Positions 10,182 to 24,200 of a stretch of DNA of 64,000 bases are shown piece by piece. Numbering within the stretch: position 1 is the first letter of the stretch; every line of letters starts with the position of its first letter. Source of the stretch: Eledone cirrhosa (taxonomy: Eukaryota); contig OZ024740.1 in assembly GCA_964016885.1 (NCBI GenBank), forward strand, positions 19,158,001-19,222,000, read 5' to 3'. The notes beneath the pieces were generated by a model, which was not told where the DNA came from, ran no database searches, and saw only the letters and a program-made list of their open reading frames with translations. The position numbers were made by a program, and so were the translations under genes.

Positions 10182-10575
10182 AACGAAGAATGATAAAATT
10201 TCAAGCAAAGAGTTTAATTAGGTATATTTTGTAATATTATTAACTAATTATTATAATTAACGCGCATATTTTGCTATCCTCAAACACGTTTACACATGGC
10301 ATGAAATATAACTAATCCGAGATGGCTAGGTTTCATCTTCTAACTGGATATACGAAATCCATTATGTCTTGACAACAACATGAGGTAACATTATGTTATT
10401 CACAGACACACTTTGTACACTGTTCCATATCTGAATGTATTTCCTTCGTCACATTCACAAACAGTATTGAAAATATGTTCTTCGGCAAATAAAAATGTTT
10501 TGTTCATAATATTTCAACTAGCGATTGCTCTACTCCACGCACGACCACCATAAATTAATGACCAGCTCAACACAA

Positions 10576-10748
10576 GTATTGGTAGAGCGTCAGACACCAT
10601 GCTTTGCAGTATTGTTATGGTCCTTTGCATTCTAAGTTCAAATCCTGCCGAGGTTAACTTCGACTTTCATACTTACTAATTCGATAAAATAAAGTACCAG
10701 TAATGGACTGCCGTAATGGATTTGTGCCGAAAAATAGAAACACTATTA
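10576..10748 (+). mobile_element. Diverged SINE copy
   Basis: ggtagagcgtcagacaccatgctttgcag...aagttcaaatcc...cgataaaataaagtaccagtaatggactg...tagaaacactatt. Confidence 0.85.
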
Positions 10749-11298
10749 ATGTGCAATAAGAGCAAAATATAACGACATTGCTCAATTATTTTATCTAATG
10801 TTGTAATAACACAAGGAAATGTTGTTTGTGTATTTTTTTTTATATTTGCTCATAGGCTTTTACAATTTCGCTCAGCCAACAACTATTAAAAAGTGAGTTG
10901 CTTAAGATAACAATTTAATCACAAATTGTTGCTATCTTTTAATACACTCCAACAAGTCATCAAATTATGTACAATAAAAACAAATCTTATTAATTTGCTC
11001 AGGGAATATAAAGAAAATGTATATACACTGATAATTGCAATTGTATGTAAATATTTTGTTTTTGTATTGTATATTTTATGTTTTCTATTATGTATAATAT
11101 ATTGATTTAATATTGATTGTTTTTTGTAGTTGTTTATATTAAAAGTCTGAAAATATTTTTATACATCTTACACTAATATTTATAAGATAATTTATAATAA
11201 CAATTACATAATCTAATTACATTACAACGATAATTTATTATTAATATATATCCTGTTTAACTAGAGTTATTACAAGCGTTGCCTTAAAAAAATATTAA

Positions 11299-12255
11299 AC
11301 TAGACATGAAAAATGCGCAAGCTCAAAAGTGCCACAGAATGTTATAATAAACCTTCAAAAGTGTGGGACTAGAGTTGTTGCTAAAAAATATTGTAATCAT
11401 TATATATCGTACATTCTGTGGCATCCTTTATAAAAATAGCTTAAACCAACGAAGCCTTTATTTTTACGCTATTTCACTTAGTTAATTCTTAGAGTGTAAC
11501 ATATAAAAATAAATACATCTATGTTTAATGTAATAACAGCTATAAATAATTACGTAATATTATTATCATATACTCATAGTAACAAAATAATTGTGTTGAA
11601 ACTTAATATGATGCTTATATGAACGATCAAATCTATAATGATAATTTCTTAAATATACTAATAGTAAAATAATTTAGTTATCTATTGTTACATTTTCATA
11701 GAACTATAATATTAACAATCGTATTGCATTATCAAATTTTTATCACTACAAACTTTCATATTGGAATTACCTTAAGCCACTTATTATTACTTCGCTTTCG
11801 TACTTTTACAGCTGTAGATATTGCGCTGTATCTTATATCTAATATCAATATCTCGTGGTAATTTGCATGAAGTGTAAAATAGGTTTATTAATAACTTTAA
11901 TATGAAATGTATTATACAGGGCTGCGGAGTCGGCCAAAAATTGACTGGCTCCAACTCAGGATCCGATACTCCATTATTTCCTAAATTTCAGCTCCGCAGC
12001 TCTGTTATTATATTAATTAATTTATTTTATAGTTGTAAATGATATTTTTATATGTTACACTCTAAGAATTAACTAAGTGAAATAGCGTAAAAATAAAGGC
12101 TTCGTTGGTTTAAGCTATTTTTATAAAGGATGCCACAGAATGTACGATATATAATGATTACAATATTTTTTAGCAACAACTCTAGTCCCACACTTTTGAA
12201 GGTTTATTATAACATTCTGTGGCACTTTTGAGCTTGCGCATTTTTCATGTCTAGT
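11299..12255. mobile_element. Element bounded by 213-bp inverted repeats (11299-11511 / 12043-12255)
   Basis: Arms appear identical by eye; ends read ACTAGACATG...CATGTCTAGT. The 531-bp AT-rich interior is non-coding. No clear TSD. Confidence 0.8.
11917..12004. mobile_element. 88-bp hAT-like MITE
   Basis: TIRs CAGGGCTGCGGAG / CTCCGCAGCTCTG (12 of 13 match). 8-bp TSD gtattata / ttattata with 1 mismatch. Confidence 0.7.
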
Positions 12256-12426
12256 ATAACTATATACAACGCTAACGTGTATATAACTATACACAACGCT
12301 AATGTGCATATAACTATACACAACGCTAACGTGTATATAACTATACACAACGCTAATGTGCATATAACTATTCTCTACGCTAATGTGTATATAACTATCC
12401 TCTACGCTAATGCATATAACTATACA
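12255..12426. repeat. 27-bp minisatellite, ~6 copies (atataactatacacaacgctaaYgtgY)
   Basis: Read directly; a solo monomer also occurs at 8703-8729. Confidence 0.92.
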
Positions 12427-12969
12427 GAGAGCACTCTTCTTTACTTTTTCTTTCCTACGGAAATACATAACACACACATAGAAAAACCACAAACCCTCCA
12501 TTTCAACTCTCTACTGAAAAGCATAAGAACTGTGAAATCGGTAAAGGAAACAAATAAATATTCTTAAAAAGACTCCAGCTGCATTTTCGATTTCATCCTT
12601 TTTCCTTATACTTTCACTCGTGTAGGACATCTCGTGTTTTTTCATTTAAAAAAAACCTCATTTTATATATATATATATACTAATAAACAGATAAACAGTT
12701 GCAAAAACAACATCTGCTAAACAACCACACGCACCTGATTACGAATATATCTGCAAAAGAATTAACACGCACAAACAACCGTACACACACACTCACATAG
12801 CATACACACACATTGACACACACACACATACATTCATTACTACTTGGAGTGAATACGATACACATGGAAATCACAAGATAACCTTAGAAGCAGGTGTTAA
12901 CGTCCTGGACCTGCTCCAGTTTCAAATTTGACCCAACTTTCGTTTTTTTCACTTAACAAATGTTATTTT

Positions 12970-13784
12970 ATTGGCAGAATCGGTAGAGCGTTGGACATCT
13001 TGCTTGACGTCATATAGTTACGTCCCTTAACGTTCTGAGTTCAAATCCCGCCGAGGTTCACTTTGCCTTTCATCCTTACGGGCTCGATAAAATATAGTAC
13101 CAGTAATGCACTGGGGTCAATTCAATCGACTTATCCCTCCCCTCAAAATTGTTGGCCTAGACCTCAATCCATTATTTGCGGTGGATTGGCAGAATCGGTA
13201 GATCATCATACAACATGCTTTGTAGCATATAGTTACGCCCCTTTACGTTCTGAGTTCAAATCCCGCTGAGGTTGATAAAATAAGAAATCAATAAAATAAA
13301 GTACCAGTAACGCACTGGGATCGATTTAATCGACTTTCCCATACCGCAAAAATGTTGACCTTGTGTCTAAATCAGATAGCATTATTTTCAGAGGGCGGTG
13401 GATTGGCAGTATCGGTAGAGGGTCGGACGCCATTCTTTCCAGCATAGTTACGTCCCTTTACGATCTGAGTTCAAATCCCGCCGAGGTTGACTTTGCCTTT
13501 CATCCTTACGGGGTCGATAAAATAAAGTACCAGTAATGCACTGAGTAATTGCTGGCCTTGTGCCTAAAGTAGAAACAATTATTTTCAGAGGGCGGTGGCT
13601 TGGCAGTATCGGTAGAGGGTCGGACGCCATGCTTTGCAGCAAAGAGTTACGGCCTTTTATGGTCTGAGTTCAAATTCCGCCGAGGTTAACTTTGCCTTTC
13701 ATCCATACGGGGTTGATAACATAAACTACCAGTAATACACTGGGATAATTGCTGGCCTTGTGCGAAAAGTAGAAACAATTATTT
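12970..13784 (+). mobile_element. Head-to-tail array of four SINE copies (~12970-13177, 13178-13388, 13393-13585, 13590-13784)
   Basis: Each copy has ttggcagWatcggtaga, ctgagttcaaatYcc, gataaMataa and accagtaa..cactg, and ends in attattt. Confidence 0.9.
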
Positions 13785-13814
13785 CCAGTTTGATGATGTC
13801 ATATGTTAATGAAA

Positions 13815-13930
13815 TATTACTAATTCAATGAATACTAATTTATTACTAATTAAATGAGATACTACTAATTTATTACTAATTCAATGAGTTACTACTAATT
13901 TATTACTAATTCAATGAGTTACTACTAGTT
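13815..13930. repeat. 30-bp AT-rich minisatellite, ~4 copies (actactaatttattactaattcaatgagtt)
   Basis: Read directly from the sequence. Confidence 0.9.
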
Positions 13931-14437
13931 TGTGTTTTTATTAACATCGTTCATTTTTTCACGGCGTAGTGGAATAGTCATTCCTTTCTGCGGGATTCGA
14001 TGTACAGCTGTTCGTTTCTATCAACTAGAATGGAAGTGAACAACAGTCTGATATTTTAATTAGGAAAAATGCCAGGCGTTAGAAAAAAAAATAGATGAGA
14101 GTTATAAATATGAAACAGGAGAATTTAGCACAAAAACTTTTGTAATTTTTCAATTTGACATATTAAAGTCAAGAACCTCAACTAAAGTTAATCCTTATTT
14201 AACTTTCGGGGAATACAGTCATCAGGCTGAAATATTTCCATCATTTTGTACAAAAATATCCTCCAAAAAATTACATTAAAGCTGTTGCTTGGGTTGGATT
14301 TAGATCTTGGAGGCTCGGGTCGCTTCAGGTTTAGGGGCGGGGTTGCTCATTCACAAAAATATTAAAATATACAGCAAACCCCCAATTTTACATATCGAAT
14401 TTAGCTTGGCACAAGTAATTAGAATTGAAAGGTAATA

Positions 14438-14497
14438 CATCATCATCATCATCGTTTAACGTACATCTTCCACGTTAGCATGGGTTAGACGGTTTTG
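14438..14497 (-). mobile_element. Probable 3' end of a retroposon with a (GAT)n tail
   Basis: (CAT)5 + cgtttaacgtacatcttccacgttagcatgggttagacgg; resembles an abundant cephalopod repeat end recalled from memory, not verified. Confidence 0.5.
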
Positions 14498-15249
14498 TTT
14501 CATTTGATGCGGAGACTATGTTTTACAAACAATACTATCTTACCACCAACAATATCTTACAACCAACACTCTCTTACCACCAACACTACCTTACCACCAA
14601 CACTACCTTACCACCAACACTATCTTACCACCAACACTATCTTACCACCAACACTGTCTTACCACCAACACTGTCTTACCACCAACACTGTCTTACCGCC
14701 AACACTACCTTACCACCAACACTACCATACCACCAACACTACCTTACCACCAACACTATCTTACCACCAACACTATCTTACCACCAACACTGTCTTACCA
14801 CCAACACTGTCTTACCACCAACACTATTTTACCACCAACACTACCTTACCACCAACACTACCTTACCACCTACACTACCTTACAACCAACACTATCTTAC
14901 CACCAACACCATCTAACCACCAACACTGTCTTACCACCAACACTGTCTTACCACCACCACTGTCTTACCACCAACACTACCTTACCACCAACACTACCTT
15001 ACCACCAACACTACCTTACCACCAACACTACCTTACCACCAACACTACCTTACCACCAACACTACCTTACCACCAACACTGTCTGACCACAAACACTGTC
15101 TTACCACCAACACTACCTTACCACCAACACTGTCTGACCACAAACACTGTCTTACCACCAACACTACCTTACCACCAACACTACATTACCACCAACACTA
15201 CTATACCACCAACACTGTCTTACCACCAACACTATCTTACCACCAACAC

Positions 15250-18200
15250 TGTCTTACCACCAACACTGTCTTACCACCAACACTGTCTTACCACCAACAC
15301 TACCTTACCACCAACACTACCTTACCACCAACACTACATTACCACCAACACTACTATACAACCAACACTGTCTTACCACCAACACTACCTTACCACCAAG
15401 ACTACCTTACCACCAACACTACCTTACCACCAACACTACCTTACTACCAACACTACCTTACCACCAACACTACCTTACCACCAACACTGTCTTACCACCA
15501 ACATTACCTTACCACCACCACTGACTTACCACAAACACTACCTTACCACCAACACTACCTTAGCACAAACACTGTCTTACCACCAACACTATCTTACCAA
15601 CAACAATATCTTACCACCAACACTATCTTACCACCAACACTACCTTACCACAAACACTATCTTACCACCAACACTATCTTACCACCAACACTGTCTTACC
15701 ACCAACACTATCTTACCACCAACACTACCTTACCACAAACACTACCATAACACCAACACTACCGTACCACCAACACTACCTTACCACCAACACTAACTTA
15801 CCACCAACACTGTCTTACCACCAACACTATCTTACCACCAACACTGTCTTACCACCAACACTACCTTACCACCAACACTACCTTACCACCAACACTATCT
15901 TACCACCAACACTACCTTACGACCAACACTACCTTACCACCAACACTACCTTATCACTAACATTTCCCCAACACTGTCTTACCACCAACACTATCTTACC
16001 ACCAACACTACCTTACCACCAACACTACCATATCACAAACACTGTTCTACAACCAACACTGACTTACCACCCACACTACCTTACCACCAACACTGTCTTA
16101 CCACTAACACTGTCTTACCACCCACACTACCTTACCACCAACACTATCTTACCACCCACACTACCTTACCACCAACACTATCTTACCACCAACACTGTCT
16201 TACCACCCACACTAGCTTACCACCGACACTATCTTACCACCAACACTATCTTACCACCAACACTACCTTACCACCAACACTGACTTACAACCCACACTAC
16301 CTTACCACCAACACTGTCTTACCACTAACACTGTCTTACCACCCACACTACCTTACCACCAACACTCTCTACCACTAACATTATCTTACCACCAACACAG
16401 TCTTACCAGCAACACTACCTTACCACCAACACTACTTTACCACCAACACAGTCTTACCACCAACACTACCTTACCACCATTACTATCTTACCACCAACAC
16501 TATCTGACCACCAACACTTTCTTACCACCAGACTACCTTACCTCCAACACTACCTTACCACCAACACTGTATTACCACCAACACTACCTTACCACCAACA
16601 CCATCTTACCACCAACACTATCTTACCACCAACACTAGCTTAAAACCAACACTACCATACCACCAACACTACCTTAACACCCACACTACCTTACCACCAA
16701 CACTGTCTTACGACCAACACTACCTTACCACCAACACTACCTTACCACAAACGCTGTCTTACCACCAACACTACATTACCACCAACAGTATATTACCACC
16801 AACACTACCTTACCACCAACACTACCTTACCACCAACACTACCTTACCACCAACACTCACTTACCACCAACACTATCTTACCACCAACACTACCTTACCA
16901 CCAACACTACCTTACCACCAACACTACCTTACCACCAACACTCACTTACCACCAACACTACCTTAGCACCAACACTGTCTTACCACCAACACTACCTTAC
17001 CACCATCACTAACTTACAACCAACAATATCTTACCACGAACACTGTCTTACCACCAACACTAACTTACCAACAACATTACCTTACCACCAACACTGCATT
17101 ACCACCAACACTACCACCAACACGACATTACCACCAACACTACCTTACCACCAACACTACCTTACCACCAACACTATCTTACCACCAACACTACCTTACC
17201 ACCTGCACTACCATAACACCAACACTACCTTACCACCCACACTACCTTCCCACCAACACCATCTTACCACCAACACTGTCTTACCACCAACACTGTCTTA
17301 CCACCAACACTACCTTACCACCTACACTACCTTACCACCTACACTGTCTTACCACCAACACTGTCTTACCACCAACACTACCTTAACACCAACACTACAT
17401 AACCACCAACACTACCTTACCACCAACACTACATTACCACCAACACTACCTTACCACCAACACTACCTTACCACCAACACTACCTTACCACCAACACTAC
17501 TTTACCACCAATACTACCACCAACACGACATTACCACCAACACTAGCTTACCACCAACACTACCTTACCACGAACACTGTCTTACCACCAACACTACCTT
17601 ACCACCAACAATACCTTACCACCAACACTACATTACCACCAACACTACCTTACCACCAACACTACCTTACCACCAACACTACCTTACCACCAACACTACC
17701 ACCAACACGACATTACCACCAACACTAGCTTACAACCAACACTACCTTACCACGAACACTGTCTTACCACCAACACTACCTTACCACCAACACAATCTTA
17801 CCACCAACACTACCTTACCACCTACACTACCATACTACGAACACTATCTTACCACCAACACTACCTTACCACCAACACTAGCTTACAAACAACACTACCT
17901 TAAGACCAACACTACATTACCACCAACACTACATTACCACCAACACTACCTTACCACCAACACTGTCTTACCACCAACACTACCTTACCACCAACACTAC
18001 CTTACCACCAACACTACCTTACCACCAACACTACCTTACCACCTACACTACCTTACCACCAACACTACCTTACTAACAACACTGCATTACCAACAACATT
18101 GTCTTACCACCATAACCACCTTACCACCAACACTACCTTACCACCAACATTGTCTTACCACCAACACTATCTTACCACCAACACTATCTTACCACCAACA

Positions 18201-21200
18201 CTGTCTTACCACCAACACTACCTTACCAGCAACACTACCTTACTACCAACACTACTTTACCACCAACACTACCTTACCACCAATACTATCTTACACCAAC
18301 ATTGTCTTACCACCAACACTACCTTACCACCAACACTAAATTACCACATACGCTACATTACCACCAACACTATCTTACCACCTACACTACCTTACCACCA
18401 ACACTACGTTACCACCAACACTACCTTACCACCAACACTGTCTTACCAACAACACTATCTTACCACCAACACTACCTTACCAACAACACTAGCTTACCAC
18501 CAACACTATCTTACCACCAACACTACGTTACCACCAACACTGTCTTACCACCAACACTACCTTACCACCAACACTATCTTACCACAAACACTACCTTACC
18601 ACCAACACTACCTTACCACCAACACTACCTTACCACCAACACTGTCTTACCACCAACACTGTCTTACCACCAACACTGTCTTACCACCAACACTACCTTA
18701 CCACCAACACTACCTTACCACCAACACTACATTACCACCAACACTACTATACAACCAACACTGTCTTACCACCAACACTACCTTACCACCAAGACTACCT
18801 TACCACCAACACTACCTTACCACCAACACTACCTTACTACCAACACTACCTTACCACCAACACTACCTTACCACCAACACTGTCTTACCACCAACATTAC
18901 CTTACCACCACCACTGACTTACCACCAACACTACCTTACCACCAACACTACCTTAGCACAAACACTGTCTTACCACCAACACTATCTTACCAACAACAAT
19001 ATCTTACCACCAACACTATCTTACCACCAACACTACCTTACCACAAACACTATCTTACCACCAACACTATCTTACCACCAACACTGTCTTACCACCAACA
19101 CTATCATACCACCAACACTACCTTACCACAAACACTACCATAACACCAACACTACCGTACCACCAACACTACCTTACCACCAACACTAACTTACCACCAA
19201 CACTGTCTTACCACCAACACCTTCTTACCACCAACACTGTCTTACCACCAACACTACCTTACCACCAACACTACCTTACCACCAACACTATCTTACCACC
19301 AACACTACCTTACGACCAACACTACCTTACCACCAACACTACCTTATCACTAACATTTCCCCAACACTGTCTTACCACCAACACTATCTTACCACCAACA
19401 CTACCTTACCACCAACACTGACTTACAACCCACACTACCTTACCACCAACACTGTCTTACCACTAACACTGTCTTACCACCCACACTACCTTACCACCAA
19501 CACTCTCTACCACTAACATTATCTTACCACCAACACAGTCTTACCAGCAACACTACCTTACCACCAACACTACTTTACCACCAACACTGTCTTACCACCA
19601 ACACTACCTTACCACCATTACTATCTTACCACCAACACTATCTGACCACCAACACTTTCTTACCACCAGACTACCTTACCTCCAACACTACCTTACCACC
19701 AACACTGTATTACCACCAACACTACCTTACCACCAACACTATCTTACCACCAACACTATCTTACCACCAACACTAGCTTAAAACCAACACTACCATACCA
19801 CCAACACTACCTTAACACCCACACTACCTTACCACCAACACTGTCTTACGACCAACACTACCTTACCAACAACACTACCTTACCACAAACGCTGTCTTAC
19901 CACCAACACTACATTACCACCAACAGTATATTACCACCAACACTACCTTACCACCAACACTACCTTACCACCAACACTACCTTACCACCAACACTCACTT
20001 ACCACCAACACTATCTTACCACCAACACTACCTTACCACCAACACTACCTTACCACCAACACTACCTTACCACCAACACTCACTTACCACCAACACTACC
20101 TTAGCACCAACACTGTCTTACCACCAACACTACCTTACCACCATCACTAACTTACAACCAACAATATCTTACCACGAACACTGTCTTACCACCAACACTA
20201 ACTTACCAACAACATTACCTTACCACCAACACTGCATTACCACCAACACTACCACCAACACGACATTACCACCAACACTACCTTACCACCAACACTACCT
20301 TACCACCAACACTATCTTACCACCAACACTACCTTACCACCTGCACTACCATAACACCAACACTACCTTACCACCCACACTACCTTCCCACCAACACCAT
20401 CTTACCACCAACACTGTCTTACCACCAACACTGTCTTACCACCAACACTACCTTACCACCTACACTACCTTACCACCTACACTACCTTACCACCAACACT
20501 GTCTTACCACCAACACTACCTTAACACCAACACTACATAACCACCAACACTACCTTACCACCAACACTACATTACCACCAACACTACCTTACCACCAACA
20601 CTACCTTACCACCAACACTACCTTACCACCAACACTACTTTACCACCAATACTACCACCAACACGACATTACCACCAACACTAGCTTACCACCAACACTA
20701 CCTTACCACGAACACTGTCTTACCACCAACACTACCTTACCACCAACAATACCTTACCACCAACACTACATTACCACCAACACTACATTACCACCAACAC
20801 TACCTTACCACCAACACTACCTTACCACCAACACTACCACCAACACGACATTACCACCAACACTAGCTTACAACCAACACTACCTTACCACGAACACTGT
20901 CTTACCACCAACACTACCTTACCACCAACACAATCTTACCACCAACACTACCTTACCACCTACACTACCATACTACGAACACTATCTTACCACCAACACT
21001 ACCTTACCACCAACACTAGCTTACAAACAACACTACCTTAAGACCAACACTACATTACCACCAACACTACATTACCACCAACACTACCTTACCACCAACA
21101 CTGTCTTACCACCAACACTACCTTACCACCAACACTACCTTACCACCAACACTACCTTACCACCAACACTACCTTACCACCTACACTACCTTACCACCAA

Positions 21201-24200
21201 CACTACCTTACTAACAACACTGCATTACCAACAACATTGTCTTACCACCATAACCACCTTACCACCAACACTACCTTACCACCAACATTGTCTTACCACC
21301 AACACTATCTTACCACCAACACTATCTTACCACCAACACTGTCTTACCACCAACACTACCTTACCAGCAACACTACCTTACTACCAACACTACTTTACCA
21401 CCAACACTACCTTACCACCAATACTATCTTACACCAACATTGTCTTACCACCAACACTACCTTACCACCAACACTAAATTACCACATACGCTACATTACC
21501 ACCAACACTATCTTACCACCTACACTACCTTACCACCAACACTACGTTACCACCAACACTACCTTACCACCAACACTGTCTTACCAACAACACTATCTTA
21601 CCACCAACACTACCTTACCAACAACACTAGCTTACCACCAACACTATCTTACCACCAACACTACGTTACCACCAACACTGTCTTACCACCAACACTACCT
21701 TACCACCAACACTATCTTACCACAAACACTACCTTACCACCAACACTACCTTACCACCAACACTACCTTACCACCAACACTGTCTTACCACCAACACTGT
21801 CTTACCACCAACACTACCTTACCACCAACACTACCTTACCACCAACACTACATTACCACCAACACTACTATACAACCAACACTGTCTTACCACCAACACT
21901 ACCTTACCACCAAGACTACCTTACCACCAACACTACCTTACCACCAACACTACCTTACTACCAACACTACCTTACCACCAACACTACCTTACCACCAACA
22001 CTGTCTTACCACCAACATTACCTTACCACCACCACTGACTTACCACCAACACTACCTTACCACCAACACTACCTTAGCACAAACACTGTCTTACCACCAA
22101 CACTATCTTACCAACAACAATATCTTACCACCAACACTATCTTACCACCAACACTACCTTACCACAAACACTATCTTACCACCAACACTATCTTACCACC
22201 AACACTGTCTTACCACCAACACAATCTTACCACCAACACTACCTTACCACAAACACTACCATAACACCAACACTACCGTACCACCAACACTACCTTACCA
22301 CCAACACTAACTTACCACCAACACTGTCTTACCACCAACACTATCTTACCACCAACACTGTCTTACCACCAACACTACCTTACCACCAACACTACCTTAC
22401 CACCAACACTATCTTACCACCAACACTACCTTACGACCAACACTACCTTACCACCAACACTACCTTATCACTAACATTTCCCCAACACTGTCTTACCACC
22501 AACACTATCTTACCACCAACACTACCTTACCACCAACACTACCATATCACAAACACTGTTCTACAACCAACACTGACTTACCACCCACACTACCTTACCA
22601 CCAACACTGTCTTACCACTAACACTGTCTTACCACCCACACTACCTTACCACCAACACTATCTTACCACCAACACTGTCTTACCACCAACACTACCTTAC
22701 CACCAACACTATCTTACCACCAACACTATCTTACCACCCACACTACCTTACCACCAACACTATCTTACCACCAACACTGTCTTACCACCCACACTAGCTT
22801 ACCACCGACACTATCTTACCACCAACACTATCTTACCACCAACACTACCTTACCACCAACACTGACTTACAACCCACACTACCTTACCACCAACACTGTC
22901 TTACCACTAACACTGTCTTACCACCCACACTACCTTACCACCAACACTCTCTACCACTAACATTATCTTACCACCAACACAGTCTTACCAGCAACACTAC
23001 CTTACCACCAACACTACTTTACCACCAACACTGTCTTACCACCAACACTACCTTACCACCATTACTATCTTACCACCAACACTATCTGACCACCAACACT
23101 TTCTTACCACCAGACTACCTTACCTCCAACACTACCTTACCACCAACACTGTATTACCACCAACACTACCTTACCACCAACACTATCTTACCACCAACAC
23201 TATCTTACCACCAACACTAGCTTAAAACCAACACTACCATACCACCAACACTACCTTAACACCCACACTACCTTACCACCAACACTGTCTTACGACCAAC
23301 ACTACCTTACCAACAACACTACCTTACCACAAACGCTGTCTTACCACCAACACTACATTACCACCAACAGTATATTACCACCAACACTACCTTACCACCA
23401 ACACTACCTTACCACCAACACTACCTTACCACCAACACTCACTTACCACCAACACTATCTTACCACCAACACTACCTTACCACCAACACTACCTTACCAC
23501 CAACACTACCTTACCACCAACACTCACTTACCACCAACACTACCTTACCACCAACACTCACTTACCACCAACACTACCTTAGCACCAACACTGTCTTACC
23601 ACCAACACTACCTTACCACCATCACTAACTTACAACCAACAATATCTTACCACGAACACTGTCTTACCACCAACACTAACTTACCAACAACATTACCTTA
23701 CCACCAACACTGCATTACCACCAACACTACCACCAACACGACATTACCACCAACACTACCTTACCACCAACACTACCTTACCACCAACACTATCTTACCA
23801 CCAACACTACCTTACCACCTGCACTACCATAACACCAACACTACCTTACCACCCACACTACCTTCCCACCAACACCATCTTACCACCAACACTGTCTTAC
23901 CACCAACACTGTCTTACCACCAACACTACCTTACCACCTACACTACCTTACCACCTACACTGTCTTACCACCAACACTGTCTTACCACCAACACTACCTT
24001 AACACCAACACTACATAACCACCAACACTACCTTACCACCAACACTACATTACCACCAACACTACCTTACCACCAACACTACCTTACCACCAACACTACC
24101 TTACCACCAACACTACTTTACCACCAATACTACCACCAACACGACATTACCACCAACACTAGCTTACCACCAACACTACCTTACCACGAACACTGTCTTA

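Noticed and set aside
10025-11180. ~30-bp direct repeat ttgttttttgtagttgtttatattaaaa (~10033 and ~11117) as LTRs or a TSD
   Set aside because: Short and AT-rich, with no TG...CA termini and no internal coding or primer-binding signals.
12121-12567. ORFs with 9-aa repeats
   Set aside because: They are produced by the 27-bp minisatellite and the inverted-repeat arm.
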